This document shows, in pieces, positions 36,780 through 45,231 of a DNA stretch of 64,000 bases (within the stretch, counting starts at the first letter, position 1; each line of letters begins with the position of its first letter). The stretch lies in IMG/VR virus record IMGVR_UViG_3300028275_000622, one strand, 5' to 3'. The stretch comes from an uncultured virus (IMG/VR IMGVR_UViG_3300028275_000622) (lineage: Duplodnaviria; Heunggongvirae; Uroviricota; Caudoviricetes). The notes under the pieces were generated by a model that made no database searches, had not been told where the DNA came from, and worked only from the letters and a program-made list of their open reading frames with translations. Position numbers and translations under genes: made by a program.

Positions 36780-39700
36780 GGCAAAGTCTCCACTAAAACC
36801 TAAAAATAATACTACTGATACTTCTAATATACCACAACCTGCGCCCCCTATCGCACGACAAAAGGCGAATATTCAGGACGTGCAAGCAGTTCAAGGGGAA
36901 TTTAATAAAAACCCCCAGCAAAAATCTATTGAATATATAAACAATTTACCAAGCACCACAAGGTCAGCAGAACAAATAGCCAGTAGCAAGCCAAAAGATC
37001 AAACGTCCTTTGAAAAACTTAAAATTCAGGGTAGAGATGACCTGCACCAAAGGCTTGAAAGTCTTGGATATCACAAATATTTAATTACGAATAAAGTTGC
37101 AAATGAAAATAATGTCAAAAATGTGGTAAACGATCACATTGAAAAATTGGCCCAAACATCAAAAATTCACAGGGAGTTATCTCAAGTACATGAAGCACTA
37201 AAAGACAATGAATTACCCTCAGACAAACGCAAGGAATTACTTGAAAGAGAAGCAAGACTAAAACTTTCTGTGCAAAATATTAGTAGCCATAATCTTTTTA
37301 ATCCTTCCGGGGATGATGCAGCTAAACAAAGATCAAATGTTGGGGATGTCCTACTGCACAAGTTGGGCAAAATGATCAATTTCTTTACCCGTAGAATGGG
37401 TAAAAGTAACCCTGAATTGGACAAAAAACATAAACAAGTAGCTATCCGTAATTTTATTGAACATCTGCAAAACAAGGAACCTGCGAATGATGAGGAAATG
37501 GCAGAAAGGGAAGGTTTATTAATATCGCTGGGTGGATATGGCCTAAGTGATGATTTAACTACTGCGCTTACTTATGGGGATCACAGTGGTGCAGAATGGT
37601 ACGACCAAGATCTTAAGCAATTTGAAGTTGGTTTGGCTCACCTGACAAACCACCACAACGCCACAAGGCATTTAAAATTTAAAGATGCTACTGGTAAAGA
37701 ACATGGTTTTTTTGGGGATGTTGTTACAGATCCTACAACAGGATTTCATGATTTGAAATGGAGCGAGGATGAAAAGATTGCAAGACAGCAAAAAGCAAAT
37801 ATGGCTATGTTTAAACTGCTCCTTGCGCCCACAAGCTTTGGTAACAACCCAAAACTGAATGCCGTTAAAGCATTTGATATATTTAAGTACGCTGCACAAG
37901 ATGCTGCTGCAAAAAATGATCATATGCGGGTGTTTCACCATGTTCCACCGGATCAGAGTATTAAAGGGGAGGAGGGTGGAAGATTTTCCAGTAAAACTTT
38001 TGGAACCTCTGCTGTTTGGAAACCAAAACTTGAAAAGTTCTTCAATAAACAATTAAATGTTGCCGACCCTGAAAAACAATCATTGATGCTTTCCATGTTA
38101 GAACAACAAGGATTTGCACCAAAAACAGTTATTGAAACTGCTGAGGATGGGACACGTGTAAGAAAACTTACTCTAAACGTGAATAAGCTCTCTTCTTACG
38201 CAAAACTGGATAAACTTGTGGAACTTCGGGATAGATATAAAACCCAAGCACAAAAACTCGGTGCGGATGAAAATTCTGAGGATGACGAGGATGAAGGACC
38301 ATCCAATGTTTTTTATAGTTACATGAAAAACAGGGACGGTAGTTTGCACTTAAAGAGATTAAGTGTTAAAGACTTTGACCTAGCTGCGAAGAAAAATCAA
38401 CAAATACCTTTGTACGATGCTAATGGTCAGCGTTTATATAAATCTTGGACCTCAAGATCTGTGACAAGGGAAATGCTCGCACATATGCGAGAAATATTAA
38501 ATGGTGACACGTACAACACACCAGAAAGGTTCCAACAGTTCCTTGGGTCAGACCAATCACCAGAATTACTTAAAGGATTAAAAAATAATGTAAACCTTCC
38601 CTACAAAGATGAGGAGGGAACCACAGCTAATCATCCGGGCGCATATTTATTTGGTCCTAAAGGAGGACCCTTTTATTTAAATCTAATGCGAGATTCTAGG
38701 CATGTTACCAAAGATCTTTGGTTTAGCAGAACTTGGAACAGAATCTTTGGTAGTGTATTTGGAAAAAAGGACAAAATGCAGGATGTTCCAAGGAGTAATA
38801 ATGAACGAAAATTGATGAATGCTGCGGTTGATCTTGTATCAAACAGACTTGCATCAATCATGGGGGAGGATAAAAAGCTGCACCCACATGAAATACAAGC
38901 TGCGCTGTGGTATTATGAACAACAGCTATACAAAATGATGGGAGTTAGGGTGGAATCCTACTCTTACAAAGACGGAATTGAACATATTCTAAAAAGGGAA
39001 AATGGAGAATTAAACAATGCCACACCACTCAATTTCAAAACAATTCAACCCCATAATCCAGCAGATGTTGAAAGAAGGAAGAATGCCTACGCTGAAGCAA
39101 CTAGGACTCGCAGTAGGGCAGACAAAGAAAGATCTCAAGTCACACTGGCACAAAATGCAACAAAGCAATCCTTTGCAAAAACCAAGGTATTAGAAAATAT
39201 ACTGCGGTTGCTGCGTTCGGGTTCACCAATCCGGTACGCACAGTTCACACCAGTAAACGGTGGGATGCAAAGCGCACCTGTTTCCCAGCGCACCAATGTT
39301 CCTTTTGGTAATGCTGTTGCAAAGCAGGGTACTGGAAAGAACATTGCGCATGCTCAACTGAATGACCAGATTGCACAGAAGGCTGGAATACAGACAAGTT
39401 CTTCCACTGCCATCGGCGACTGGCCGAATGGCAGTGAGCAGAGCACAGTGCACACATCCAACGCACAGGTGGATCCTGCAAAGATGCGCTACCTTGCTGC
39501 GTGGCACGGATTATCAGGACAGAAAAAATCAGTTCTTATATTCCACCCTAATGAAAAAGGTCCTGACTCCCTGTACCACATTAACCACCCTGAGACTGAC
39601 CTTGGTAAACTCAGGGAACAGTTGAATCAATTTAACCTGCAATACAAGACACTTGTGCCGGGTGCGAAGGGTACAAAGATCATGCTGTTCGACCCAAACA

Positions 39701-40674
39701 AATCGAACAGAAGTTCCATTGATCAATTTGCTACAAAAAATAACCTAGGTGTGGTAGAAAACACTGGACAAGGTGAAATTATCGGGCATAATGGAGACTG
39801 GAATAGTGCAGGTGCGCTTCCCAAATCCCGTCAAGCTTATAACAACATAATTGCACAATATGAGCAAAATCAAAACAGTTCCGGGTCTTCCAACAATTCT
39901 GGTGGGACACCCACCCCTGCAAAGCAAGCCAGCACAGGGGAAACCAAAAAGCAACTCAGCAAATCAGGTAAAGCCTACAAGTTCAACAAAGCAAGGCGGA
40001 TCCTCGAAGGTTTCCTAAGGGCGCACAATACGCCAAACAAGGAACTTCCACCTGTTGGTGACCTTCTTGCACCTGACTTGCAGGGAATAAAACCTGAGCA
40101 CATGAGCAAGTACCAGCAACTTGTTCCGGGTGCTAAGTGGTCAGACATAGAGGGTGCTGTATCCTCACTGCAACAAGATCCAAGCTTGTACGCAGATATG
40201 ACAAGTGAGTCCAACAGGCGGGAGATGTACTGCAAGGAACATGCTCGCACTGTACTGCACTCCAGTGGTGTGCAAAAACTTCTTGACTCTCTTGTAAATC
40301 AAAAACTTATTCCTGAGCACGCACAACACCTCATTCAGGATGCAAAAGACGGCGACTACTTTGCACTTGAGGCAATTAGTGCAGAACTTCAACACAGTAT
40401 TCCCGCACTAAGATCTTTCTCAAAAGCTGCTGAGAGGGAATACAACAAGGCTGGAAAGGCATGGGACAAGATGAGAAGCGGTGTGCAAAAGTTTGGGAAG
40501 AAGCACCACTCTGCTGGGCAATTCCGTGCAGGTGAGCACGAGGTAATCATGCGTGGTGCGACCTACAAAAAAGGTCAGTTTGCACCACAGAATGATGGTA
40601 AGGCGAGGTTTGAAAAAGGTTCATCCAAATTAGGTGCAGTATACAACTCCATTAATAAGTTTAGAGGTTCTTAA
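36778..40674 (+). CDS. Large multidomain head-module protein with an HhH-GPD (EndoIII-like) glycosylase-like domain
   Basis: FGPK-x17-D-LWFSRTWNR aligns with the EndoIII K120/D138 region; FKLLLAPTS resembles EndoIII FELLIAVLLS; located between portal and protease. Confidence 0.65.
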   Translation: MAKSPLKPKNNTTDTSNIPQPAPPIARQKANIQDVQAVQGEFNKNPQQKSIEYINNLPSTTRSAEQIASSKPKDQTSFEKLKIQGRDDLHQRLESLGYHKYLITNKVANENNVKNVVNDHIEKLAQTSKIHRELSQVHEALKDNELPSDKRKELLEREARLKLSVQNISSHNLFNPSGDDAAKQRSNVGDVLLHKLGKMINFFTRRMGKSNPELDKKHKQVAIRNFIEHLQNKEPANDEEMAEREGLLISLGGYGLSDDLTTALTYGDHSGAEWYDQDLKQFEVGLAHLTNHHNATRHLKFKDATGKEHGFFGDVVTDPTTGFHDLKWSEDEKIARQQKANMAMFKLLLAPTSFGNNPKLNAVKAFDIFKYAAQDAAAKNDHMRVFHHVPPDQSIKGEEGGRFSSKTFGTSAVWKPKLEKFFNKQLNVADPEKQSLMLSMLEQQGFAPKTVIETAEDGTRVRKLTLNVNKLSSYAKLDKLVELRDRYKTQAQKLGADENSEDDEDEGPSNVFYSYMKNRDGSLHLKRLSVKDFDLAAKKNQQIPLYDANGQRLYKSWTSRSVTREMLAHMREILNGDTYNTPERFQQFLGSDQSPELLKGLKNNVNLPYKDEEGTTANHPGAYLFGPKGGPFYLNLMRDSRHVTKDLWFSRTWNRIFGSVFGKKDKMQDVPRSNNERKLMNAAVDLVSNRLASIMGEDKKLHPHEIQAALWYYEQQLYKMMGVRVESYSYKDGIEHILKRENGELNNATPLNFKTIQPHNPADVERRKNAYAEATRTRSRADKERSQVTLAQNATKQSFAKTKVLENILRLLRSGSPIRYAQFTPVNGGMQSAPVSQRTNVPFGNAVAKQGTGKNIAHAQLNDQIAQKAGIQTSSSTAIGDWPNGSEQSTVHTSNAQVDPAKMRYLAAWHGLSGQKKSVLIFHPNEKGPDSLYHINHPETDLGKLREQLNQFNLQYKTLVPGAKGTKIMLFDPNKSNRSSIDQFATKNNLGVVENTGQGEIIGHNGDWNSAGALPKSRQAYNNIIAQYEQNQNSSGSSNNSGGTPTPAKQASTGETKKQLSKSGKAYKFNKARRILEGFLRAHNTPNKELPPVGDLLAPDLQGIKPEHMSKYQQLVPGAKWSDIEGAVSSLQQDPSLYADMTSESNRREMYCKEHARTVLHSSGVQKLLDSLVNQKLIPEHAQHLIQDAKDGDYFALEAISAELQHSIPALRSFSKAAEREYNKAGKAWDKMRSGVQKFGKKHHSAGQFRAGEHEVIMRGATYKKGQFAPQNDGKARFEKGSSKLGAVYNSINKFRGS

Positions 40675-41834
40675 TGGAAGATATGATTGTTAAGCACCAT
40701 GTTCCAATCCTTGACGAGCACGAGTTGAAGGATAACAAGGGGAATGTGGTGATAAGGCTCGACAAGGATAAGTTGCAAGAAATTGTAAATACGAACAATA
40801 CTCGTATGAGCAATACTGGCGATGAAATTCCACTGGTGATCGGACACACGAAGGACGATGCACCAGAGAGCGAGCAACCTGAGATTGTTGGGTACGCCAC
40901 CAATTTAAAGGTTGAACCATTCTTCAAGACAGGTCGCAAGTGTATCACTGCGACTTTCAAATTCTTCAAAAACACAGTGGACAAGGTGCGCAACTTCCCA
41001 AGGCGCAGCATTGAACTGTGGTTATCAGATTACAAAATTGATCCCATTAGTTTGCTTGGTGCAACTACTCCAGAAAGGGATCTTGGCCTTCTCCGTTTGA
41101 GTAAGAACGGGGTTAAAAAGTATCAAAGGACGATGGAAATGGATAACAAACAAGAAATAGTTGACGCAGTACTTAACGCACTCCAACAGACTGACGTGTG
41201 GCAGTTCCTTACACAACTAGCAGCACAGTCTGGTCAGGATGCAGGTGTACCAACCGAGGGTGAAATGCCACCCGATGCTGGTGCAATGCCCCCTGAAGGT
41301 GCACCACCTGAGGGTGCAATGCCCCCTGAGGCAATGCCACCCGAAGCTGGAGCAGAAGAAATGCCAATGGATGAAGGTGCACCACTTCCTGAGGAATCTG
41401 CCGAGGAAGAACAACCTGTGCAAGCTTCACGTGGTAAAAGGTACGACAGAATCAAGCTTTCCAGAATGGAGCAGGAAAACCAAGTGCTCCACAAGGAGAT
41501 TAACACACTCAAGCTCAAGTTCCAACGTGCAGAGCGTGAGAAGGATCTTATTGAACTGGAAGCAGAAGGTTACATGTTGGACCGTGGTGAGGAGTTGGAA
41601 CTTGTGTCTGGAATGCCTGACACCAAGTACAAGTCTCACCTGCAAATCATTCGTAAGAGGTATCAGAAAGCACCACTTGGTGGAATGCGCACCTCTTACA
41701 TAACCGAATCCCGTTCTGGTGCGTTGCGTGGTCGAACCAAGGACGAGGTTAATGCAGCTATCGACTACGCAACATCACACGGCATCACCTACGCCGAAGC
41801 GTTGGACAAAATGAATGCCGAAAAGGTTCTCTAA
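40674..41834 (+). CDS. Prohead protease/scaffold (Mu-like)
   Basis: 'PLVIGHT', 'FPRRSIEL', 'ISLLGATTP', an acidic MPPE-repeat linker and a coiled-coil C-terminus; precedes the capsid genes. Confidence 0.75.
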   Translation: MEDMIVKHHVPILDEHELKDNKGNVVIRLDKDKLQEIVNTNNTRMSNTGDEIPLVIGHTKDDAPESEQPEIVGYATNLKVEPFFKTGRKCITATFKFFKNTVDKVRNFPRRSIELWLSDYKIDPISLLGATTPERDLGLLRLSKNGVKKYQRTMEMDNKQEIVDAVLNALQQTDVWQFLTQLAAQSGQDAGVPTEGEMPPDAGAMPPEGAPPEGAMPPEAMPPEAGAEEMPMDEGAPLPEESAEEEQPVQASRGKRYDRIKLSRMEQENQVLHKEINTLKLKFQRAEREKDLIELEAEGYMLDRGEELELVSGMPDTKYKSHLQIIRKRYQKAPLGGMRTSYITESRSGALRGRTKDEVNAAIDYATSHGITYAEALDKMNAEKVL

Positions 41835-41849
41835 TTTAGGAGGTTGGTA

Positions 41850-42272
41850 ATGCCGTTGTACAATCCGGCTTTTACTGCAAGCGGGAATATTTTCCCTGCA
41901 AGATTTGTAAGGATTAGTGGCGAGTTCACTGTTGCGCAGTCTGGCGCAGGTGAATCTATTATCGGTGTGGCGCAGGAAGGTTCTCTTGCACCTCCCGGTA
42001 TTGCAGAAGCACTGGGTAGTTCTCAGACTTATTATGCTGCGACTTCCGGTAAAACCCTCAAGGTTTTCGGTCTTGCAGATGTGTGCGTGGTTACTGCTGG
42101 TACTGGTGGGTGCACTGCTGGTTCACTGGTCAAGTCTGACGCAGATGGTAAGGCTGTAAATGTTGGTACTACTGCTGGAACTTACAATGTTGGCGGTATC
42201 GCACTGCAAACTGTAAGTGCTGGTGAAAAATGCCTTATCCAAGTAAACCCTCACCAAGTAACCATTGCTTAA
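41850..42272 (+). CDS. Capsid decoration/cement protein (DUF2190-like)
   Basis: 'GSLVKSDADGKAV...GIALQ..SAGE'; lies between scaffold and MCP. Confidence 0.7.
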   Translation: MPLYNPAFTASGNIFPARFVRISGEFTVAQSGAGESIIGVAQEGSLAPPGIAEALGSSQTYYAATSGKTLKVFGLADVCVVTAGTGGCTAGSLVKSDADGKAVNVGTTAGTYNVGGIALQTVSAGEKCLIQVNPHQVTIA

Positions 42273-42290
42273 TAAGAAAGGACACTAATA

Positions 42291-43385
42291 ATGGCTGATA
42301 TCGTAAGTAGTGCAGCACAGTTTCCTTCAGGGAATAATACATATATTCCCTCGTTTGATGCGACTGGGCAGCTAGTAGTATCGTTCTCACGTAACCCAAA
42401 AGATTTCCCACTGAACAAGTATGTAACCATTACTCCAGTGAAGAAGTCTTCAGGTTATTACCTTAAACTCAACGCTGAGCAAGCTGCTCGTGTAGCATAC
42501 GCTGATTTGAAAGATCACGTATGGCACGATGGTAATGATGCTCCACACGGCGAGTGGAATAATGAGAAGTTTGAATGGTTGTCATTCAACACCACTCGTT
42601 ACGTGTTCCCATTCAGACTTGGTTATAAGGCTGTTGATCAGGCCGATTGGAAGATTGTTGCATCTTACAGTGCAATGAACGCCCAGCAGGCTATGACAGC
42701 ACGCACTGTAAAGGTGTGGGATAAACTCCTTGCATCAAGCACTGATGGAGAAATCACATCTCAGAATTGCACTACTGCATCTAACGCCTATACAGGTGGT
42801 AAGGCCCTCAATGAGGGTGATTCCGGTGACCTTAACACAGGTACATCTGCTGGACCTGTGTTCAAGAAGGCACTCAATGCAGTTGCTCGAAAGATCAACA
42901 AGGACACCCTTGGTGCATGTGGTCCCAAAGACATGTGCATCATCATGAACCCAACTGCTGCTGATGCCATCTCACGCAGCAAGGAACTTCATACCTACCT
43001 GAAGGAATCCCCCATTGCACTTGCACAGGTGCGTGGTGATTCTGACAGCATTAACGGCAAGTATGGTTTGCCTGACAAGTTGTACGGTTACGACATCATC
43101 ATTGAAGATGTTGTGCGAGTAAGCAACAAGAAGGGCGCATCCAGATCCGCCGATTATGTACTGGGAGAGGATGATATTTTTGTCCTTGCACGCCCCGGTG
43201 ATTTGGTGGGTTTTGAAGGATCTCCTTCCTACTCCACTGCGCACATCTTCGCCTACGAAGAAATGACTGTGGAACAGAAGGACGATCCAGATAACAGGCG
43301 TATCAATGCACGCATCGTGGAAGACTACGGTGTGGAAGTTGTTGCTCCTGTTACTGCATTCCACTTCAAGAACTCGATTGCTTAA
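42291..43385 (+). CDS. Major capsid protein
   Basis: 364 aa, strong RBS, position, and 'IIMNP...YGLPDKLYGYDIII' P-domain-like segment. Confidence 0.8.
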   Translation: MADIVSSAAQFPSGNNTYIPSFDATGQLVVSFSRNPKDFPLNKYVTITPVKKSSGYYLKLNAEQAARVAYADLKDHVWHDGNDAPHGEWNNEKFEWLSFNTTRYVFPFRLGYKAVDQADWKIVASYSAMNAQQAMTARTVKVWDKLLASSTDGEITSQNCTTASNAYTGGKALNEGDSGDLNTGTSAGPVFKKALNAVARKINKDTLGACGPKDMCIIMNPTAADAISRSKELHTYLKESPIALAQVRGDSDSINGKYGLPDKLYGYDIIIEDVVRVSNKKGASRSADYVLGEDDIFVLARPGDLVGFEGSPSYSTAHIFAYEEMTVEQKDDPDNRRINARIVEDYGVEVVAPVTAFHFKNSIA

Positions 43386-43387
43386 CT

Positions 43388-43915
43388 ATGGCATCACATG
43401 CATCAGTTGACGACTTGCTTAAGAGGTATGACCTTAGGCGCATTGGTGATCTTGTAAACGACAACGACACACGTGCATCCGAGGTTGATCTTAAGGGAAA
43501 CACCACTGCGGGGGCGGTCACACAGACCGCCCTCTCAGATGCTTCTGGCATGATCAATAGTGCAATACTTGCAGGTAAGAGGTACAAGCTATCTGACCTG
43601 CTGAGTATGACTGATGAATCCAAGGCACTTCTCAAAAGGTTGTGCTGCGACCTTGCATATGCTCTCCTGATTGCAAGGCGTGGTTATGGTGGCGAGGACA
43701 TGGTTGCAATGACCTCACGAGCCAAGGAGAGCGAGCAAATACTGGAACAACTGCGCCAAGGTGACAGATTGTTCGAGATAGAAGCAAATCAAAACGCATC
43801 AGTACCTAATCAAGCTGTAATAAGCAAAAACATATCATTGTTTTCCAATGAGTTAGATAGGTTCTTCGGAATGCGTGTATCCAACATAAACGAGAACTTC
43901 AACAATAGAGGGTAA
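43388..43915 (+). CDS. Head-tail adaptor (Mu gp36/DUF1320-like)
   Basis: 'ASVDDLLKRYD...ALSDASGMINS...RY.L...LKRLCCDLA...LEQLRQG'. Confidence 0.75.
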   Translation: MASHASVDDLLKRYDLRRIGDLVNDNDTRASEVDLKGNTTAGAVTQTALSDASGMINSAILAGKRYKLSDLLSMTDESKALLKRLCCDLAYALLIARRGYGGEDMVAMTSRAKESEQILEQLRQGDRLFEIEANQNASVPNQAVISKNISLFSNELDRFFGMRVSNINENFNNRG

Positions 43916-43917
43916 CA

Positions 43918-44553
43918 ATGGCACAGATAATGACTACAGGACCAGCGCACATGTTTATTGGGCGTTCTGCGGAGAATACAGATGTGACGGGACTTGAATA
44001 CTTGGGAACATTTGAAAAGAGTCCTGTGATTGATATCCAGACTTTAACTCAGCCTGTGATGAATGATATAGGTGGGGAAAGTGCAATATCGCACGCCATG
44101 CAGGGACAGATTGCCACCATTCAGGGTGTGATGAACAGGTATGACGAGGTCGAATACGCCAAGATTGAATCAGGGTACTACGGTGCAACTCGCAGGGGAG
44201 AAATAGAGAAGAATAAGCTTGGTGGTCTTGCACAGGCAATGTCTTTGGATTTTGATGTGTTGTTCTATTTCCCCTTCCACTCTTCTTTCAGAACAGGATC
44301 ATCGAACACCGATGCTCCTGAAGGTTTGCACTTTGTAAGCGTAGTTCCCGTTAAATTTAAACTTGCTGAACTTAGCACTAGGGCAAGAACTATTGAAATT
44401 GCACTAAGATCTATTCCAAAAATGAGCATAAAAACAGATAGCCTGACAAATGTCGATTCAAATGGCGCAGCAGGTCCTGCAAGTATTCGTGAGTTTGTTC
44501 TTTACAAACATTTAACCACTGTACCCAATGCACTGAAAGAAAAGGTGAACTAA
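43918..44553 (+). CDS. Putative tail tube-like protein 1
   Basis: Position after the adaptor; paralogous to the next gene. Confidence 0.55.
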   Translation: MAQIMTTGPAHMFIGRSAENTDVTGLEYLGTFEKSPVIDIQTLTQPVMNDIGGESAISHAMQGQIATIQGVMNRYDEVEYAKIESGYYGATRRGEIEKNKLGGLAQAMSLDFDVLFYFPFHSSFRTGSSNTDAPEGLHFVSVVPVKFKLAELSTRARTIEIALRSIPKMSIKTDSLTNVDSNGAAGPASIREFVLYKHLTTVPNALKEKVN

Positions 44554-44554
44554 C

Positions 44555-45220
44555 ATGGCAACTTTCGCAAAAATTCATGTAACGGGTCCAGCGCACATCT
44601 TTGTTGGGCATAAGACAGACACCATAGCTAATGCCATCTACCTAGGCACATGTGAAAAGTCTCCTGAAATTGAGACTGAGTACATGTGGGAGGATGTGAA
44701 CAACGATGTTGCTGGTAGTGCTCCTATTGACCTTGTTTTAAGAGGCCACAAAAGCAGCATTAGCGCACTGTTTACTAGGTTTAATGAAGATAAGCTTTTA
44801 AGTCTTATAGGTAACACTGGGTCAAAAGAAAAAAGACACAATGCTGACCACCAACCCGGAGTGTATGACAGTGGCCAGATTGGAGGACTCACTGAATATA
44901 GTAATATAGCAGTGGATAACACTGGGTACTGGCTTGCAATCAAGTTTGAGTTTGCTCAGAATACGGCTGTTGACCCTACCCTTCCAAAAGGTTATTGGTT
45001 CCCATCAATAGTTCCTGCAAATTTTACATACGCACAGGTTGGAACACATTCCAAGAAGGTGCAATTAAAAGCAGAAGCACACCCTGCAATTGTGAAGGGT
45101 ACTGCCTCAACAGGGGCCACAAAATCGGAACAGGGTATGACAACTGGCAATTATGTGCTCAGATTGTTTACCACAGATCCTGCTATTTTTGATTTTTCAC
45201 TACTTCCAAACTTTAACTAA
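44555..45220 (+). CDS. Putative tail tube-like protein 2
   Basis: Shares TGPAH(M/I)F(I/V)G, YLGTxEKSPxI, VxND(I/V)xG and (V/P)S(V/I)VP with 43918..44553. Confidence 0.55.
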   Translation: MATFAKIHVTGPAHIFVGHKTDTIANAIYLGTCEKSPEIETEYMWEDVNNDVAGSAPIDLVLRGHKSSISALFTRFNEDKLLSLIGNTGSKEKRHNADHQPGVYDSGQIGGLTEYSNIAVDNTGYWLAIKFEFAQNTAVDPTLPKGYWFPSIVPANFTYAQVGTHSKKVQLKAEAHPAIVKGTASTGATKSEQGMTTGNYVLRLFTTDPAIFDFSLLPNFN

Positions 45221-45231
45221 AGAGTTTAGAC

